NCBI GenBank assembly: GCA_977017645.1
Contig: OZ360225.1
Coordinates: 204,042,001-204,106,000, forward strand
Direction of reading: 5' to 3'
Source of the DNA: Torpedo marmorata
Lineage: Eukaryota
DNA: 64,000 nt
Below the pieces are notes generated by a model, which searched no databases, was not told the origin of the DNA, and was given only the letters and a program-made list of their open reading frames with translations. Shown here one piece after another: positions 24,763-38,596 of this stretch. The stretch's first letter is position 1. Each line of letters opens with the position of its first letter. The position numbers and the translations under genes are program-made.

Positions 24763-25200
24763 CACTGGACAACAATTTTTAATAGCTTTCTTCCTGTAAA
24801 AAAAATGGGGATTATGATAGACAATTTGAAGCTGAACAAAAAGATAATTTCAGATTTGATGTATCATGTAGGAAGATGGAGAAATATTAAATTAACTTTT
24901 ATTGAATTTAGCATGTTTATTCGCATAATGATGCTGACATATTGCGTTAGTTCAACTGACCTAAAAAGGTTTTGCCGCTGATTTTCGTTTGTACTCAGCA
25001 TCTGATGCCTCTTGTGTCAGTGTCCAACAATAGTCGGCCAGCATTGATGGATTCCAGTTGCCATGATAACGCTTTTCCATGGGCGCAATGTCCTGGTGAA
25101 AACTTTCACCATGTTCATGACTGACTGCACCAAGATCAGCAGGGAAGAAGTCAAAGTGCGATTGCATAAAATGAATTTTAAATGACATGTTGCACTTCAA
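24763..25200 (-). mobile_element. Chapaev3-like (CMC) DNA transposon 3' remnant
   Basis: Encodes CNMSFKIHF..SHFDFFP..LGAVS.EHGE.FHQDI..MEKRY.G.W...MLADYCW; CACTGG terminus at 24763 preceded by TAA. Confidence 0.7.
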
Positions 25201-25439
25201 GATGGCGGCGGCGCGAGCATCTCGCAGCGGCTCCTCCGGGCATGTGCACGTTGTATGTTAAGCTGAGAGCCGTGCACAATCGACAAGCAGGAGAAAGGAG
25301 GGAGGGGACAGCAGCAAAGAGGGGGAGGAGGGATGGCTAGGTAGATGGAGAAAAACAGGAAGGACAGGTGAGGGGGGAGGGGAAGGGAACGACAAGCAGG
25401 TTTAGTGGAAAGCAGAAAAGTCAATGTTAATGTCACCTG

Positions 25440-25870
25440 TCCTGTCTTGTTCCCTCATAGGAGATCCAGTGTTGTACTCTCTCTAGTTGGTACCTCTATA
25501 TATTGATTTAGAAATATATCAGTGTTTCCTGAACACATTTGACAAACTCCAAGCCATCCAGCCCTTTTACAATATTGGGGTCCCAGTCAACATGTGGAAA
25601 GTTAAAATCTTCTACTATCACAATCTTATGTTTCCTGCAGTTTTCTGCTCTCTCTACAGATTTGCTCCTCCAATTCTCATTGACTATTGAGCAGTCTATA
25701 ATACAACCACATGAATGTGGTCATACCTTTCCCATTCCTCAGCTCCACCCATATAGCCTCAGTAGACGAGCGCTCTGGTCTGCCCTGCCTGAGCACATCT
25801 GAGATATTTTCCATGATGAGCAATGCCACTCCTCTCCCTATCATGCCCCCCATTCTATCGCGTCTGAAAG
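25440..25870 (-). mobile_element. CR1 endonuclease fragment
   Basis: RGVALLIMENI and STEAIWVELRN motifs, similar to 55500-55870. Confidence 0.75.
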
Positions 25871-25978
25871 TGTTCAGGAAGCAAAATCTTCGATGTCCAG
25901 TGTAATCCAACATGCAATCACATGTGGCAAAATGTAAGCAGGAACATTTCATTCCTAAAACAAAATAATACACAGATA

Positions 25979-26830
25979 TTCAAGATTCAATTCAATTTAT
26001 TTATTGTCATGCAATAAAACAGTGTCATATTACACGAAATTGCTTTTGCCTGCTGTAAGGCAGACAGATTTGCCATCGGCAGAAATTGCCTGAAGCGCCT
26101 CTTATAGTCAGAGAAAGAGAAGCAAAAGAGAGTCCCCCCAGAGTCACCAAGTGTCCGTAGATTCACCTCCAGCGCTTCCGCAGCCTCCGCAGCCACAGAG
26201 TCCAGTCCAAACCATTGGCAACCCGAGCTCCAGATCCGAACCTCCGACACTGTCAGGAACCCTTCAGCGCCTTCGGCACCCCCTCGCATCCTAGTTCCAA
26301 TACCTGGTACCCCTTCAGCCAGTTCGAGCCAGTCGCCAGCAGTCCGCAGCCCGGTGCGAGTCCCCGACAGCAGTCTCCAGCAGCCTACAGCCTCCGCGGG
26401 TTCCTCACCTCGAGTCGCCAGCAGCCCGCTGCATGCATTGGTCTTTCAGCCGCAAAGCCCCCTCACTGGTCCGCCGCCGTGGTCACCGTCCCGTGGGTCG
26501 TCTCCTCTGCTTCTCCTTCTCAGACGGGGGATGGTCTCCCCATTTTCTGGTGCCCTGCATCAGTCCTCCGCTCCCCTGGAGTCTGCAACCCCTCGTGGCT
26601 GCTGCCGATCAGAGGCGCTGCCATCTTGGGCGCAGACCCCACGGTCGCGGGATTTTAAATAAAACTACCGTCGGCTCCTTTAACGGGCCGTTCAAAGCCT
26701 GTGCGGAGCTGATGACAGTTGACTGGGCGGTTGGACCCCGCGGGAGCGCTGTATCTCCGCTCCTCGCTCCCCGCGGGTCCTCACCAGCGGCAGCGCTGCC
26801 GTTACAGTGGCTCTGGCAGTGCCGCCATTT
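25979..26830 (-). mobile_element. Non-coding LINE-tailed repeat family, near full-length copy
   Basis: Minus strand starts aaatggcggc and ends tgacaataaataaattgaattgaatcttg; colinear with 58126-58931. Confidence 0.8.
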
Positions 26831-27339
26831 GCATTATCATATGCATTGATAATATAGAAAATGCTGTACATCTCCATGACACTGAAATCGTTCAGTAATT
26901 CTATACAGTTCACTGTATAAGCTAGACTTCTGCGGGACATACCTTATCAACATTTTCACTTATCAAACTTAGGTAAATTATTGTAGTATCTCAGTCTTGT
27001 ACTCCACCTATTGCCTTCTCTGGACTCTGTTCTGAGAATAAGATGATTAGATCTTAGTCTATCTCTCTCCTCATTTCTCCCCTTGGTACAGTAAGCTCAA
27101 ATATACGATTTTAACATCTGTAGGTTAACTATTAAATCCTTGCCTCTCTCTCCATCTTTCTCTCTGTTTAAATCTTCCAGTAAAATGATCCCAGTGGCAG
27201 TAAAGGTGCTGAGAACTCTCAACACCAATTCAGTTCTGCCACTAAAAGATTGGGAATCAGTGACAATACAAAAACGAGCTGGAGAAACTCAGCAGGTCAC
27301 ACAACATTCAGAGGGAGTAAAGGGTAACCAACATTTCAG

Positions 27340-27660
27340 AGGAAGAGGAGATTTACCAAGATGTTGCCTGGATTGGAAAATTTGTCTTATGAGGCAAGGT
27401 TAACAGAGCAAGGGCTCTTCTCTTTGGAGGGAAGAAGGATGAGAGGTGACTTAATAGAGGCGTATAAGATTATGAGAGGTATAGATAAGGTAGACAGCCA
27501 GTGCCCTTTTTCCCAGGAAGGGAGTAGCCAACACCATAGGACATCTGTACAAAGTGTAGGGAGGAAGGTTCAGGAGAGACATCAAGGATACGTCTTTTAT
27601 ACAGAGAGTTGTGGTTACCTCGAATGCATTGCCAGGGGTGGTGGTGGAGGCTGGAACAAT
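27340..27660 (+). mobile_element. CR1 3' fragment
   Basis: MLPGLENLSYEARL...RRMRGDLIEAYKIMRG. Confidence 0.8.
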
Positions 27661-28069
27661 TATTTCACAATGGCAATGGAATAGAAGGCCAGTTAGCAGC
27701 CATTTGTACAGGGTGAAATGCATTAGTGGGATGCATAAAAATCACTTCACTGCAGTTATTCAGAAATTCTATTGGCATGAATGTATCACATCTCATTGAA
27801 TAAATTGTATTTCAGTGATTAATATCCATGATTTCCTTATCAGAAAAACAGCAGGCATTTACTGCCAGCTATTTTACAAAAAAGAAATGCAATAAACGAG
27901 TGAATGATTTTATTTTCTTTAAAACACTGCTCAAATTATAACTTATATTGGAGCTGTGTTCACAGTGTCTGCACACTGCAGGAACTCAACATTTGACTGT
28001 TGGTCTGACTGCTCCAAAATTGAAATACTCGTGTGAAAAATACATCCCTCACCCTAAAATGTATTTTTT

Positions 28070-28297
28070 TAACCACACGGTCGAACCGATTCCGGCAATT
28101 GAGACCCGTACTGCACAATTACACCCGATTAACCTACAACCCAGTATGTTTTAGAGGGTGAGAGGAAACTGGAGCACCCAGAGGAAACCCAAGCAGACAT
28201 GGGGAGAATGTACAAACTCATTACAGGCAGCGCAGATTCGAACCCTGGTTGCTGGCGCTGTAATAGCGTTACACTAACTACTACGCTGACTGTGCCA
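28070..28297 (-). mobile_element. V-SINE copy (diverged)
   Basis: Similar to 1387-1640. Confidence 0.75.
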
Positions 28298-28422
28298 CAC
28301 ATCCTTAATGCAATAAAGTACAGTCTTGACTTTCCCCCCCACCCCCCCCCCCCATTTCATTCAACTTTCAATATATATCAGATGGAGGAGCAACACTGCA
28401 ACAGAAACGTTCTCACTGATGC

Positions 28423-29941
28423 AATTCCATGAGGTTCGGTTGCTGGGGACTAATCACATCTTGTAAATTCCATGAGGTTCGGCGTGCTGGGGACTAATCA
28501 CATCTCGTAAATTCCATGAGGTTCTGGTGTTGGGGACTAATCGCATCTCGTAAATTCCATGAGGTTCAGGATGCTGGGGACTAATCGCATCTCGTAAATT
28601 CCATGAGGTTCTGGTGTTGGGGACTAATCGCATCTCGTAAATTCCATGAGGTTCGGGATGCTGGGGACTAATCGCATCTCGTAAATTCCATGAGGTTCTG
28701 GTGTTGGGGACTAATCGCATCTCGTAAATTCCATGAGGTTCTGGTGCTGGGGACTAATCACATCTCGTAAATTCCATGAGGTTCTGGTGTTGGGGACTAA
28801 TCGCATCTCGTAAATTCCATGAGGTTCGGGATGCTGGGGACTAATCGCATCTCGTAAATTCCATGAGGTTCGGGTGCTGGGGACTAATCACATCTCGTAA
28901 ATTCCATGAGGTTGTGGGTGCTGGGGACTAATCACATCTTGTAAATTCCATGAGGTTCGGGTGCTGGGGACTAATCACATCTCGTAAATTCCATGAGGTT
29001 CGGGTGCTGGGGACTAATCACATCTCGTAAATTCCATGAGGTTCGGGTGCTGGGGACTAATCGCATCTTGTAAATTCCATGAGGTTCGGGTGCTGGGGAC
29101 TAATCACATCTTGTAAATTCCATGAGGTTCGGGTGCTGGGGACTAATCACATCTCGTAAATTCCATGAGGTTCGGGTGCTGGGGACTAATCACATCTCGT
29201 AAATTCCATGAGGTTCGGGTGCTGGGGACTAATCACATCTTGTAAATTCCATGAGGTTCGGGTGTTGGGGACTAATCACATCTTGTAAATTCCATGAGGT
29301 TCGGGTGCTGGGGACTAATCACATCTCGTAAATTCCATGAGGTTCGGGTGCTGGGGACTAATCACATCTCGTAAATTCCATGAGGTTCGGGTGTTGGGGA
29401 CTAATCACATCTCGTAAATTCCATGAGGTTCGGGTGTTGGGGACTAATCACATCTCGTAAATTCCATGAGTTTCTGGTGCTGGGGACTAATCACATCTCG
29501 TAAATTCCATGAGGTTCGGGTGCTGGGGACTAATCACATCTCGTAAATTCCATGAGGTTCGGATGCTGGGGACTAATCGCATCTTGTAAATTCCATGAGG
29601 TTCGGGTGCTGGGGACTAATCACATCTCGTAAATTCCATGAGGTTCGGGTGCTGGGGACTAATCACATCTCGTAAATTCCATGAGGTTCGGGTGCTGGGG
29701 ACTAATCACATCTCGTAAATTCCATGAGGTTCTGGATGCTGGGGACTAATCGCATCTCGTAAATTCCATGAGGTTCGGGTGCTGGGGACTAATCACACTC
29801 TCGTAAATTCCATGAGGTTCTGGTGCTGGGGACTAATCACATCTCGTAAATTCCATGAGTTTCTGGTGCTGGGGACTAATCACATCTCGTAAATTCCATG
29901 AGGTTCGGGTGCTGGGGACTAATCGCATCTCGTAAATTCCA
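28423..29941. repeat. Minisatellite, 43(-44)-bp unit, ~35 copies
   Basis: Unit aaattccatgaggttcgggtgctggggactaatcacatctcgt, head to tail with no spacers. Confidence 0.97.
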
Positions 29942-30436
29942 ATAAATGTTTAAAAGCACGAAAAATATTCGTTGGATCAAATATTTTCTGACCCTGAGAA
30001 TTCCATCTGGTTACATAATGTGTTCCACTGGCATGATGAACAGAGGTCAGATCTGGTCTTCATTTATTTCAATTGTAATGGACGGCTTAGTATTGAATCT
30101 GTGACATCTGTTGGCAACTGCCTGATTTCAGAAACGAACTTGGTGAACCACACTGCTTCTCTGGGTAGAGAATGCCACTGATTCACTTCTCCCTGGGATA
30201 AGCAGTTCCTCATTCAGATTTATTGTCAGAGTACATATATGACATCACATACAACCCTGAGATTCTTTTCTCTGCGGGCCAGGCAGAATTTCTATTTATC
30301 GGTCCTGCAAACTCAAGAAAAGATACGTATACAAAAGAGAAAATCTAAACAAAGAAGGAAGTGCAAACAAACTGACTGTGCAATACAGAAAATAAATATT
30401 CAATAATAAATAACGTTATATAACGTCAATAAATTT

Positions 30437-30655
30437 GGGTGGCATGGTTGGCATAGCGGTTAGTGCAACGCCTTTACAGTGCCAGCGATCGGGACCGGAG
30501 TTCGAATCCCGCGCTGTCTGTAAGGGTGTTCCCCAGGGGCTCTGGTTTTCTCCCACCGTTCGAAATGTACCGTGGGTTGTTGGTTAATTGGGTGTAAATT
30601 GGGCGGCACGGACTCGTGGGCCGAAATAGACTGTTACCGTGCTGTATGTCTAAAT
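30437..30655 (+). mobile_element. V-SINE copy with internal deletion
   Basis: A box, B box gttcgaatccc, and the shared tail. Confidence 0.8.
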
Positions 30656-31319
30656 TTTTTTTTAAAAACTAAAATTTTAAATGTAAATTAAGCATTCTAA
30701 ATCTACTCCTACAAATTTTGAGGCTATATCTAGTTCTAGACTCACCTGCCAGTGGAAACAACCTCACTCTTTCTATTTTAACATGCAAAAGTGCTGGAGA
30801 GCAAAATGTAGGCACGCCTGGGTGAAGAGCTCAAGCCCAAAACGTTGGTTATGTATCTTTACCTTTGCTATATAAAGTACACTGTTTGACCTGCTGTGTT
30901 TCCCCAGCATTGTGTTTTTACTTCAATCACTGTGTCTGCAGACTTTTGTGCTTTACTCCTGAATCTCCTCCAAAGCCAGCATATCCCTCCTAAAGATTGG
31001 ATGAATTCTGGTGGTCTTTGACCTGAAACGTTTGCGCCGTTTCTCTTTCCACAGACACTGTCTGAACAGCTGTATTTTCAGCATTTTGGGTTTTTTTTAA
31101 ATTTCAGATTTTCTGCATCTGCTGCTTGTTTGAAATTCCCACAAATCGGAAAGCCTGGATTGTGGCAAAGGGCAAGAGCAATGGAATGACAAAACAGGGC
31201 ACAATGGGACAAACAAAGAAGCAAAAGATGGATCAAGAGGAGCTGTGACTGGTCAGAGCAAAGTTGGACTTACACAAGCTGTGGAATATACCAGACATTC
31301 GTTTAGGGCAGTGGTTTTC

Positions 31320-33023
31320 TTTTCTTTTTATAATATTTTTATTGATTTTACACACATAAATATGTATGTACATAACATTTATGGAATGCACAATAAAAGT
31401 TACAGATTACATAGTTCAGCAAAATATAAAAGCACGTAGAGCGCATCCATAATACAGAAATACATCTAATAATTTTAACACGGATAGACGTGTCTCTAAA
31501 CCCCTTCCCCTTACCATCGTTGTATGGCTAAAAAAGAAAAAGAAAGATGTATTTCTTTCCTGGAGTGAAATGGGAAAGTACTGAAGTTTAGGATTTCTAT
31601 TATACCTAAAGATTGTGGAAATAATTCAGGAATGGTCCCCACAACATTTGAAACCTTATATTTGAGTTACTAATTGATTAACAAATCTTTTCTAAATTTA
31701 AGCAGGACACAATGTCCCTGAGCCACTGAGCATGAGTAGGCAGGGCAGCATCCTTCCGTCTAAGCAATATTACACGTCTGGCCAGAAGAGAGGCAAAAGA
31801 CAAAGTACGACATTTGATTGGAGTTAAAAGAACATCATCCTCTCCAGTTGTACCAAAAAGAGCAACCAAAGGATTAGGCTCCAGATTTAAATTAAGGAAT
31901 AAGGATAAAGTATGAAATACATCCCTCCAGTATTTTTCAAGGCTAGGACACGTCCAAATCATATGGATTAAAGAAGCCTCTCCTCTCTTACATTTATCAC
32001 AACAAGGATTTACATCTGAATAGATGCGAGATAACTTAACTTTAGACAATTTAACTATGTACAACTTTAAATTGTAACAAACAATGATGTGCACATAAAG
32101 ATGTGGTATTAACCATCTTAAAGATTGAATCCCAAACCTCGTCCGATATTGAAAGGCTTAAATCCTGTTCCCAGGCATTTTTAATTGTAACTAGAGGGGC
32201 GTGTCTCAAACCCACCAACTTATCATAGATAATGGATATTAAGCCTTTGCGAAAAAATTGTAAACTAAAAAATACATCAACAATGTTCACATCAGGTGCC
32301 CTGGAAAAATCAGGTAACTGAGATTGAAGAAAATGCCTGATTTGCAAATATCTGAAAAAATTAGTATTTGGTAAATTGAACTTTTCAGAAAGCTGCTCAA
32401 ATGACGCAAAACTGTTGTCAATAAAAAGATATTTGAAACATTCAATACCCAATCTGTACCAATCATGAAAAGCAAAATCATGTAAAGAAGGTTGAAAAAG
32501 ATGATTGGATAGAATAGGACTTGAAAGAGAAAAACCATGAAGTCTAAAATGTTTTCTGAACTGCACCCAGGATCTCAAAGTCTGCCTGACAACCAGATTA
32601 TCAATTGATTTATTTAAAGAAAAAGGAAGTGAGGATCCAAGAAGTGCTGAAATGGAAAAGTTTTTAGCAGAATTCAGCTCCATTGCTACCCATGCTGGAC
32701 AGTCCACTCGATTATGAAAATGTAACCAAAACTTAAGGTTAGTATATTGACCGCCCAATAATAAAATCTGAAATTAGGTAGAGCCATACCTCCGTTCCTT
32801 TTGGATTTTTGAAGATGAACTTTATTTAGATGAGGGCGCTTACCTTTCCATATATACAATGATATAGCCGAATCAAGTGGATCAAAAAACGATTTGGGAA
32901 TGAAAATTGGTATAGATTGAAAAAGATATAAACATTTAGGTAAGATATTCATTTTCAATGGAATTAATACGACCAACCAGAGATAAAGATAGGGGCAACC
33001 ATTGCATTAGGGATTGTTTCACA
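31320..33023 (-). mobile_element. L1-clade LINE ORF2 3' part (host of the plus-strand L1)
   Basis: KMNILPKCLYLFQSIP, GGMALPNFRFYYWA and CDKC..ASLIHMIWTC motifs; continues at 38597-39090. Confidence 0.85.
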
Positions 33024-35489
33024 AAGCATCTAAAGCCACTCTTGCTTTTATGAAGGAACTGAATTTAATGGATATATGGAGACAAATTCACCCTAAAGTT
33101 AGAGATTATTCATTTTTTTCTAATATTCATGATTCACATACTAGAATTGATTTTTTTTATTATCAACGCAATTAACTTATAGAGTAATAGAAACTGAATA
33201 TCTATCTAGGATGTTATCAGACCATTCTCCATTAACTTTGTCTATCTTGATACCAGAGAAGAAAATGAATGTGTATAGATAGCAGTTAAACCCGACCTTA
33301 CTTCATAAATCAGATTTCTGTAAATTTATTAGGGATCAGATACAATTATTTAGTGAGACAAACTGTGCCTCTGCTCCAAACAGTTTTATTTTATGGGACA
33401 CATTAAAAGCATATTTAAGAGGACAAATAATTTCATACACTAAGGGTGTTAAAAAGAAATATATGGCAGAATTGGAAACTTTAGAGAAGGAGATTTTAAT
33501 AATGGAAAAAGAATATCAACAAACTAAATCTAAGGATACATATCGACATCTGGTGAATAAAAAACTTAAATATAACACTATGGATACATATCGAGTTGAG
33601 AAAACAATTTTGAGAACAAAACAAAGATATTATGAACTAGGTGAAAAAACACAAAGTTTTAGCATGGCAATTGAAAGCACAAGAAAGTTCAATGACTATC
33701 AATGCAATTCAAAATGTACAAGGGTTGATTACATATAACCCATCGGAAATTAATAAGGCATTTCAAAAGTTTTACATAGACTTGTATACTTCTGAAATAA
33801 CAAGTGATGATTCAAAGATTGATAATTTTTTAACTACTTTAAATTTACCTACAGTTGATAGAGATAGTCAAATGAGACTTGATCGTCCTTTCACACAGGA
33901 AGAAGTTGAAAAGGCCTTGAGCTCGCTACAGGCGGGGAAATCACCGGGGGAAGATGGTTTTCCACCAGAATTTTATAGAGAATTTAAAGATTTATTGATG
34001 TCTTTTATTATGGATGTAATTGATAGAGCAGCACAAACACAAACTCTGCCTGAATCATTTTCCTCTGCAATAATTACAGTAATTCCAAAAAAAATAAAGA
34101 TCCTTTGAAATGTTCTTCATATCGCCCTATTTCACTTTTAAATGAAGATTATAAGATAATCTCTAAAATATTGGCAAATAGACTTAGTGATTGTTTACCG
34201 AGATTAATTAATCCAGACCAATGTGGTTTTATTAAGAAACGGTTTTCTTCCAATAATTTATGTAGATTTTTTAATATAATACACTTAGCAAAATCTAGAG
34301 GTGAACCAAGTATAGCAGTTACACTGGACGAAGAGAAGGCTTTTGACAGATTGGAATGGCCGTATTTGTTTAAGGTTTTGGATAAATTTGGATTTGGACA
34401 ATCATTTATTAATTGGGTTAAAACACTTTATTATAAACCACAAGCGAGGGTTACTACTAATGGACAGACTTCGGAAAGGTTCTCTTTGAATAGATCCAGT
34501 CGGCAAGGTTGTCCTTTGTCCCCTGGACTTTTTGTTCCAGCAATTGAGCCACTGGCAGAAGCGATTAGATTAGATTCTGAAATAAAAGGTTTTAAAATGG
34601 GCCAGGTGGAACATATAATAAATTTATTTGCCGACGATGTGATTCTGTATTTGACTTATCTGGTTAATTCTCTTACTAAATTACAAATATTGTTGAAAAA
34701 TTATGGTGATATTTCAGGGTACAAGGTGAATTTTGATAAATCCGAAGTCATTCCATTGGTTAAATTTGACTGTATGGAATGTAAATGTATAGGTTTGTTT
34801 AAATGGATTAAAGAGGGTATAGAATATCTTGGTATAATGGTAGATACTGATTTTAAAAATTTATATAAGCTTAATTATTCTCCACTTCTTCTTAAAGTTG
34901 AAGCAGATTTAATGGGATGGATGTCATTACCTATTACCTTGATTGGTAGGGTTAATTGTGTTAAAATGAATATATTACCAAGAATACAATATTTATTTCA
35001 GTCTCTACCTATTTTTTTACCAAAAAACGTTTTTTCAAAATTTGGATAAAATTATTGGGCGATTTATATGGAGAAATAAAATAGCTAGAATGGCTACACG
35101 AAAATTAACATGGGATTATAGACTGGGGGGGGTCTCCATTTACCTAACTTTAGAAACTATTATCTAGCTGCACAGATGCGATATATTATATATATTTTTT
35201 GAAGGGGTTAATACACCATCTTGGATACAACTTGGTCTGCATCCCTTGAAAGAAGAAGTTTATAGTGATTTTATATATACCGTATATTTCGGCGTATAAA
35301 TCGACCCGCAGATAAGTCGACCCCCCCTTTTTCAGCCTCATTTTAATGGATTTATTATATATCGGGTGTATAAGTCGACCCCCAAAAAATCGCGATGCCT
35401 GAGATGTTGGGCGTTGACCGGCGTATAAGTCGACCCACAACAATCGTGATGATTGAGCTGCTGGGCGTTGGCTGGAGGTGATTGTTATC

Positions 35490-36814
35490 ATGGAGGGTCC
35501 ATTGAAACGACAAAAGTATGAGGCGAGTTTTAAATTAAAAGTGATAGAAATGGCAAAGAAAACCAACAACTATGTTTCTGCAAGAAAAATTGATATATAT
35601 GAGAAGTTGGTAAGAGATTGGAGGAAGAAAGAAGAAACTTTAAGAAAAATACCTGAAATGCAATGTTCGATGAGAAGATGAATCACTCGTTGGCCAGAGT
35701 TGGAAAATCATGTCGCAGCATGGGTACGTGAACAGAGGCAAGATTGCCACATAGTCACCCGAAATAAAATAAGAACATTTGCACTGAAGTGGGCAAAGTC
35801 GCACCTAGAACTCAGTAATGATTTTGAAGCTACAGTAGGCTGGTGCAACCGTTTCATGAACAGGAAAAATCTGGTATTACGACAAAAAACAAAAATTGCT
35901 CAGAAACTACCAAAAGATCTTGATCATAAAATTGTAAGTTTTCACCAGTTTATTATATGTAACCGGCAGAAACACAAGTTTGCATCGGCAAATATTGGAA
36001 ACCTGGACGAAACCCCCATGAATTTCGACATGATAGGCAATAGAACAGTGGAATGGAAAGGTGTGAAAACTGTGCAAACCAGGAGTACAGGCCATGAAAG
36101 AACCATGTTTAACGTGGTTTTATCGTGCATGGCCGACGGGACAAAGTTAAGACCCATGGTAATCTTCAAACGCAAATTTAAACCTAAAATAAAATTCTCT
36201 GCGGTATTTTTGTACATTTTCATGAAAAAGGATGGATGGATGAAAATGGTGTAAAAGTATGGATAGACAATGTGTGGAACAGGCGGCCAGGCGGTTTACG
36301 CAAGGAACTGAGTTTGCTGGACTGGGATATGTTTCGTAGCCACTTAACTGAGAACACTACAAGTAGATTAGCACAACATATTACTTACATGGCGGTTATC
36401 CCGGGTGGTTTGACGTCTCTATTGCAACCTCTCGATGTCTGCTTCATCAAGCCATTCAAAGACCATGTGCGTGAAGAGTGGAATACATGGATGACAAGTG
36501 CAGAAAAATCCTTTACAAAAGACGGGGCAATGCATGCTGCATCGCTTGATGTGCTGTGTGACTTCGTGCTCAAGGCATGGGACAAAGTGAAAGTAGAGAC
36601 TGTAATAAAATCATTTAAAAAGTGCGGTATCTCTTGTGCAATTGATGGTACGGAAGATAATTTATTGTGGGACACTGACGACGAAGCTGAAGCCGCCTCA
36701 TCAGATACAGACTGGGACCCGTATGATGACTGTTTAAACAGTGAGACCCCGGATGTGCTTGCCGAGATCTTTGCCTCAGACGATGAGAGCGAAAGTGATT
36801 TTGAAGGGTTCTAA
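35490..36814 (+). pseudogene. pogo transposase (Brinker-like DBD, CENP-B HTH, DDE_1), disrupted
   Basis: YEASFKLKVI, GWCNRFMNR, NLDETP, LDWDMF and LQPLDV motifs plus an acidic tail; stop/frameshift near 35680 and frameshift near 36200. Confidence 0.9.
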
Positions 36815-36875
36815 ATGTGTTGTTGATTTCAATAAAAATTTCAATGAAAATTTGTTGTAGTCGGTTTTTTTTTTG

Positions 36876-37096
36876 GTTTTTCAAGGGTCGACTTATACGC
36901 CGAATCGGGTTTTCAAGGGCCGACTTATACACCGAATCGGGTTTTCAAGAGTCAACTTATACGCCGAATCGGGTTTTCAATGGTCGACTTATATGCCGAA
37001 TCGGGTTTTCAATGGTCGATTTATACGCTGAATCGGGTTTTCAAGGGTCGACTTATACGCCGAATCGGGTTTTCAAGAGTCGACTTATATGCCGAA
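36876..37096. repeat. Seven 32-bp subterminal tandem repeats in the pogo element
   Basis: Unit caagggtcgacttatacgccgaatcgggtttt. Confidence 0.92.
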
Positions 37097-38449
37097 ACGG
37101 CATGGAGCGGTTTTTGAGCTGAATTTAAGGTCTCAAAAGTATATCTGGCGTATGTCGACCCCCATTTTTTGAGAGATTTTTGAGGGTTTCAAGACTTGAC
37201 TTATACGCCGAAATATACGGTAAATGGAATTTTAAAACTATAACTAAAAGAACTGATAATTCAATTTTAAAACATTTGCTTAAGATTTGGTGGGATACCC
37301 ATGAAAGTTTGGGAATTAAAAAGATAGTGTTACCTAAACCATCCTTAAGAAAGAATGAACTTATACCTATGACTCTTAATAATAGAGCAATGGAAATTTG
37401 GAATAGTAAAGGAATTAGATATATAGAAGACTGTTATGAAAATGGACTTCTTATGTCTTTTGAAGGACTGAAAGAGAAGTATAATTTACCTAATAGAACT
37501 TTTTTTTGCTATTTTCAGTTACGTTCATATCTCAGGAATACTTTAGGACCTGACATGGTCCTACCCTCATTGACAGATGTGGAAAAAATACTTCAAGAAG
37601 GAAATACGTATAAATTTATTTTGAGAATGTATTTATTGTTACAAGATCAAGAGCCTAAATTGGGACATAATAAGTCCAGGATAAGATGGGAATCAGACTT
37701 AGGTATAGTAATTGATGAAAAATTATGGTCAGAATTGGGTCAGAATAGTATGTTAATTACTATAAATGTACATTATAGATTGGTCTCCTATAATTTTCTT
37801 CATCAATTATATTTGACTCCACAGAAATTATATACATTTAAACCAGAATTATCAGAGATGTGTTTTAGATGTGGAATGGAGGTTGGTTCTTTTTTACGTT
37901 CAACATGGATGTGCTGTATGATGAGACAATTTTGTCATAATCTCTGTGACATCTTATCTAAAGTTATTGGAGTTACTCTAATTTTAGATCCAGAGATATG
38001 CCTTTTGGGAAATTTTACTACTATTAAGGACACCCTAACCAGATATAAAATTATATTTTTGGGAACAGCTTTTTGTGTGGCTAGAAAGTGTTTAATGACT
38101 ACTTGGAAGTCAGATTCCCCATTATCTATTGATAGATGGACCTCAGAAATAAATAGTTGTATTCCATTGGAGAAAATTACGTATAACATTAAAAACAAAC
38201 AGGTTATTTTTTATAAAATTTGGCAACCTTATTTAGATTATCTGGGATCAGGATAAATTAAATCAAAGAAGATTTGTTATTAATTTGTTTTGGGTTCCTT
38301 CATGCGACAAGCCCTGTTGCCGGGAAGCCTTGGAGTTTTTCTTTTATATATTTGAAATTAGTAATTATATAAACATTGTCGACCATTTGTTTTGTTTAGT
38401 TTGGGGTTTTTTTCTCTTGGGGGGGAGGTTTAGGGTAATTGGTTTTTTT

Positions 38450-38486
<37 letters not shown>

Positions 38487-38596
38487 GGTATATATATATG
38501 TTACTTTTATTGTATTACTATATAATGTGATATCTGCTTTTGAAGTATTTTGTTTCATTGTTTGTTAAAATGAAAGTAAAAAAATTTTTTTTTTAA

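Larger units (their letters stand above)
35280..37220 (+). mobile_element. pogo-superfamily DNA transposon (POGK-like)
   Basis: Perfect 20-bp TIRs ccgtatatttcggcgtataa; TA TSD; transposase inside. Confidence 0.95.
33024..38596 (+). mobile_element. L1-clade LINE, 5'-truncated, interrupted by pogo
   Basis: EN C-terminus (RID, SDH), KSPGEDG, YRPISLLN, RQGCPLSP, LFADD and CFRC motifs; diverged ~15-bp TSD at 33009-33023 and 38597-38611. Confidence 0.9.

Noticed and set aside
28423-29941. CRISPR-like array
   Set aside because: Units are contiguous with no unique spacers, there are no cas genes, and the context is a vertebrate genome.
38453-38484. (TA)n and, at 10722-10747, (TG)n tracts
   Set aside because: Ordinary microsatellites within TE sequence.
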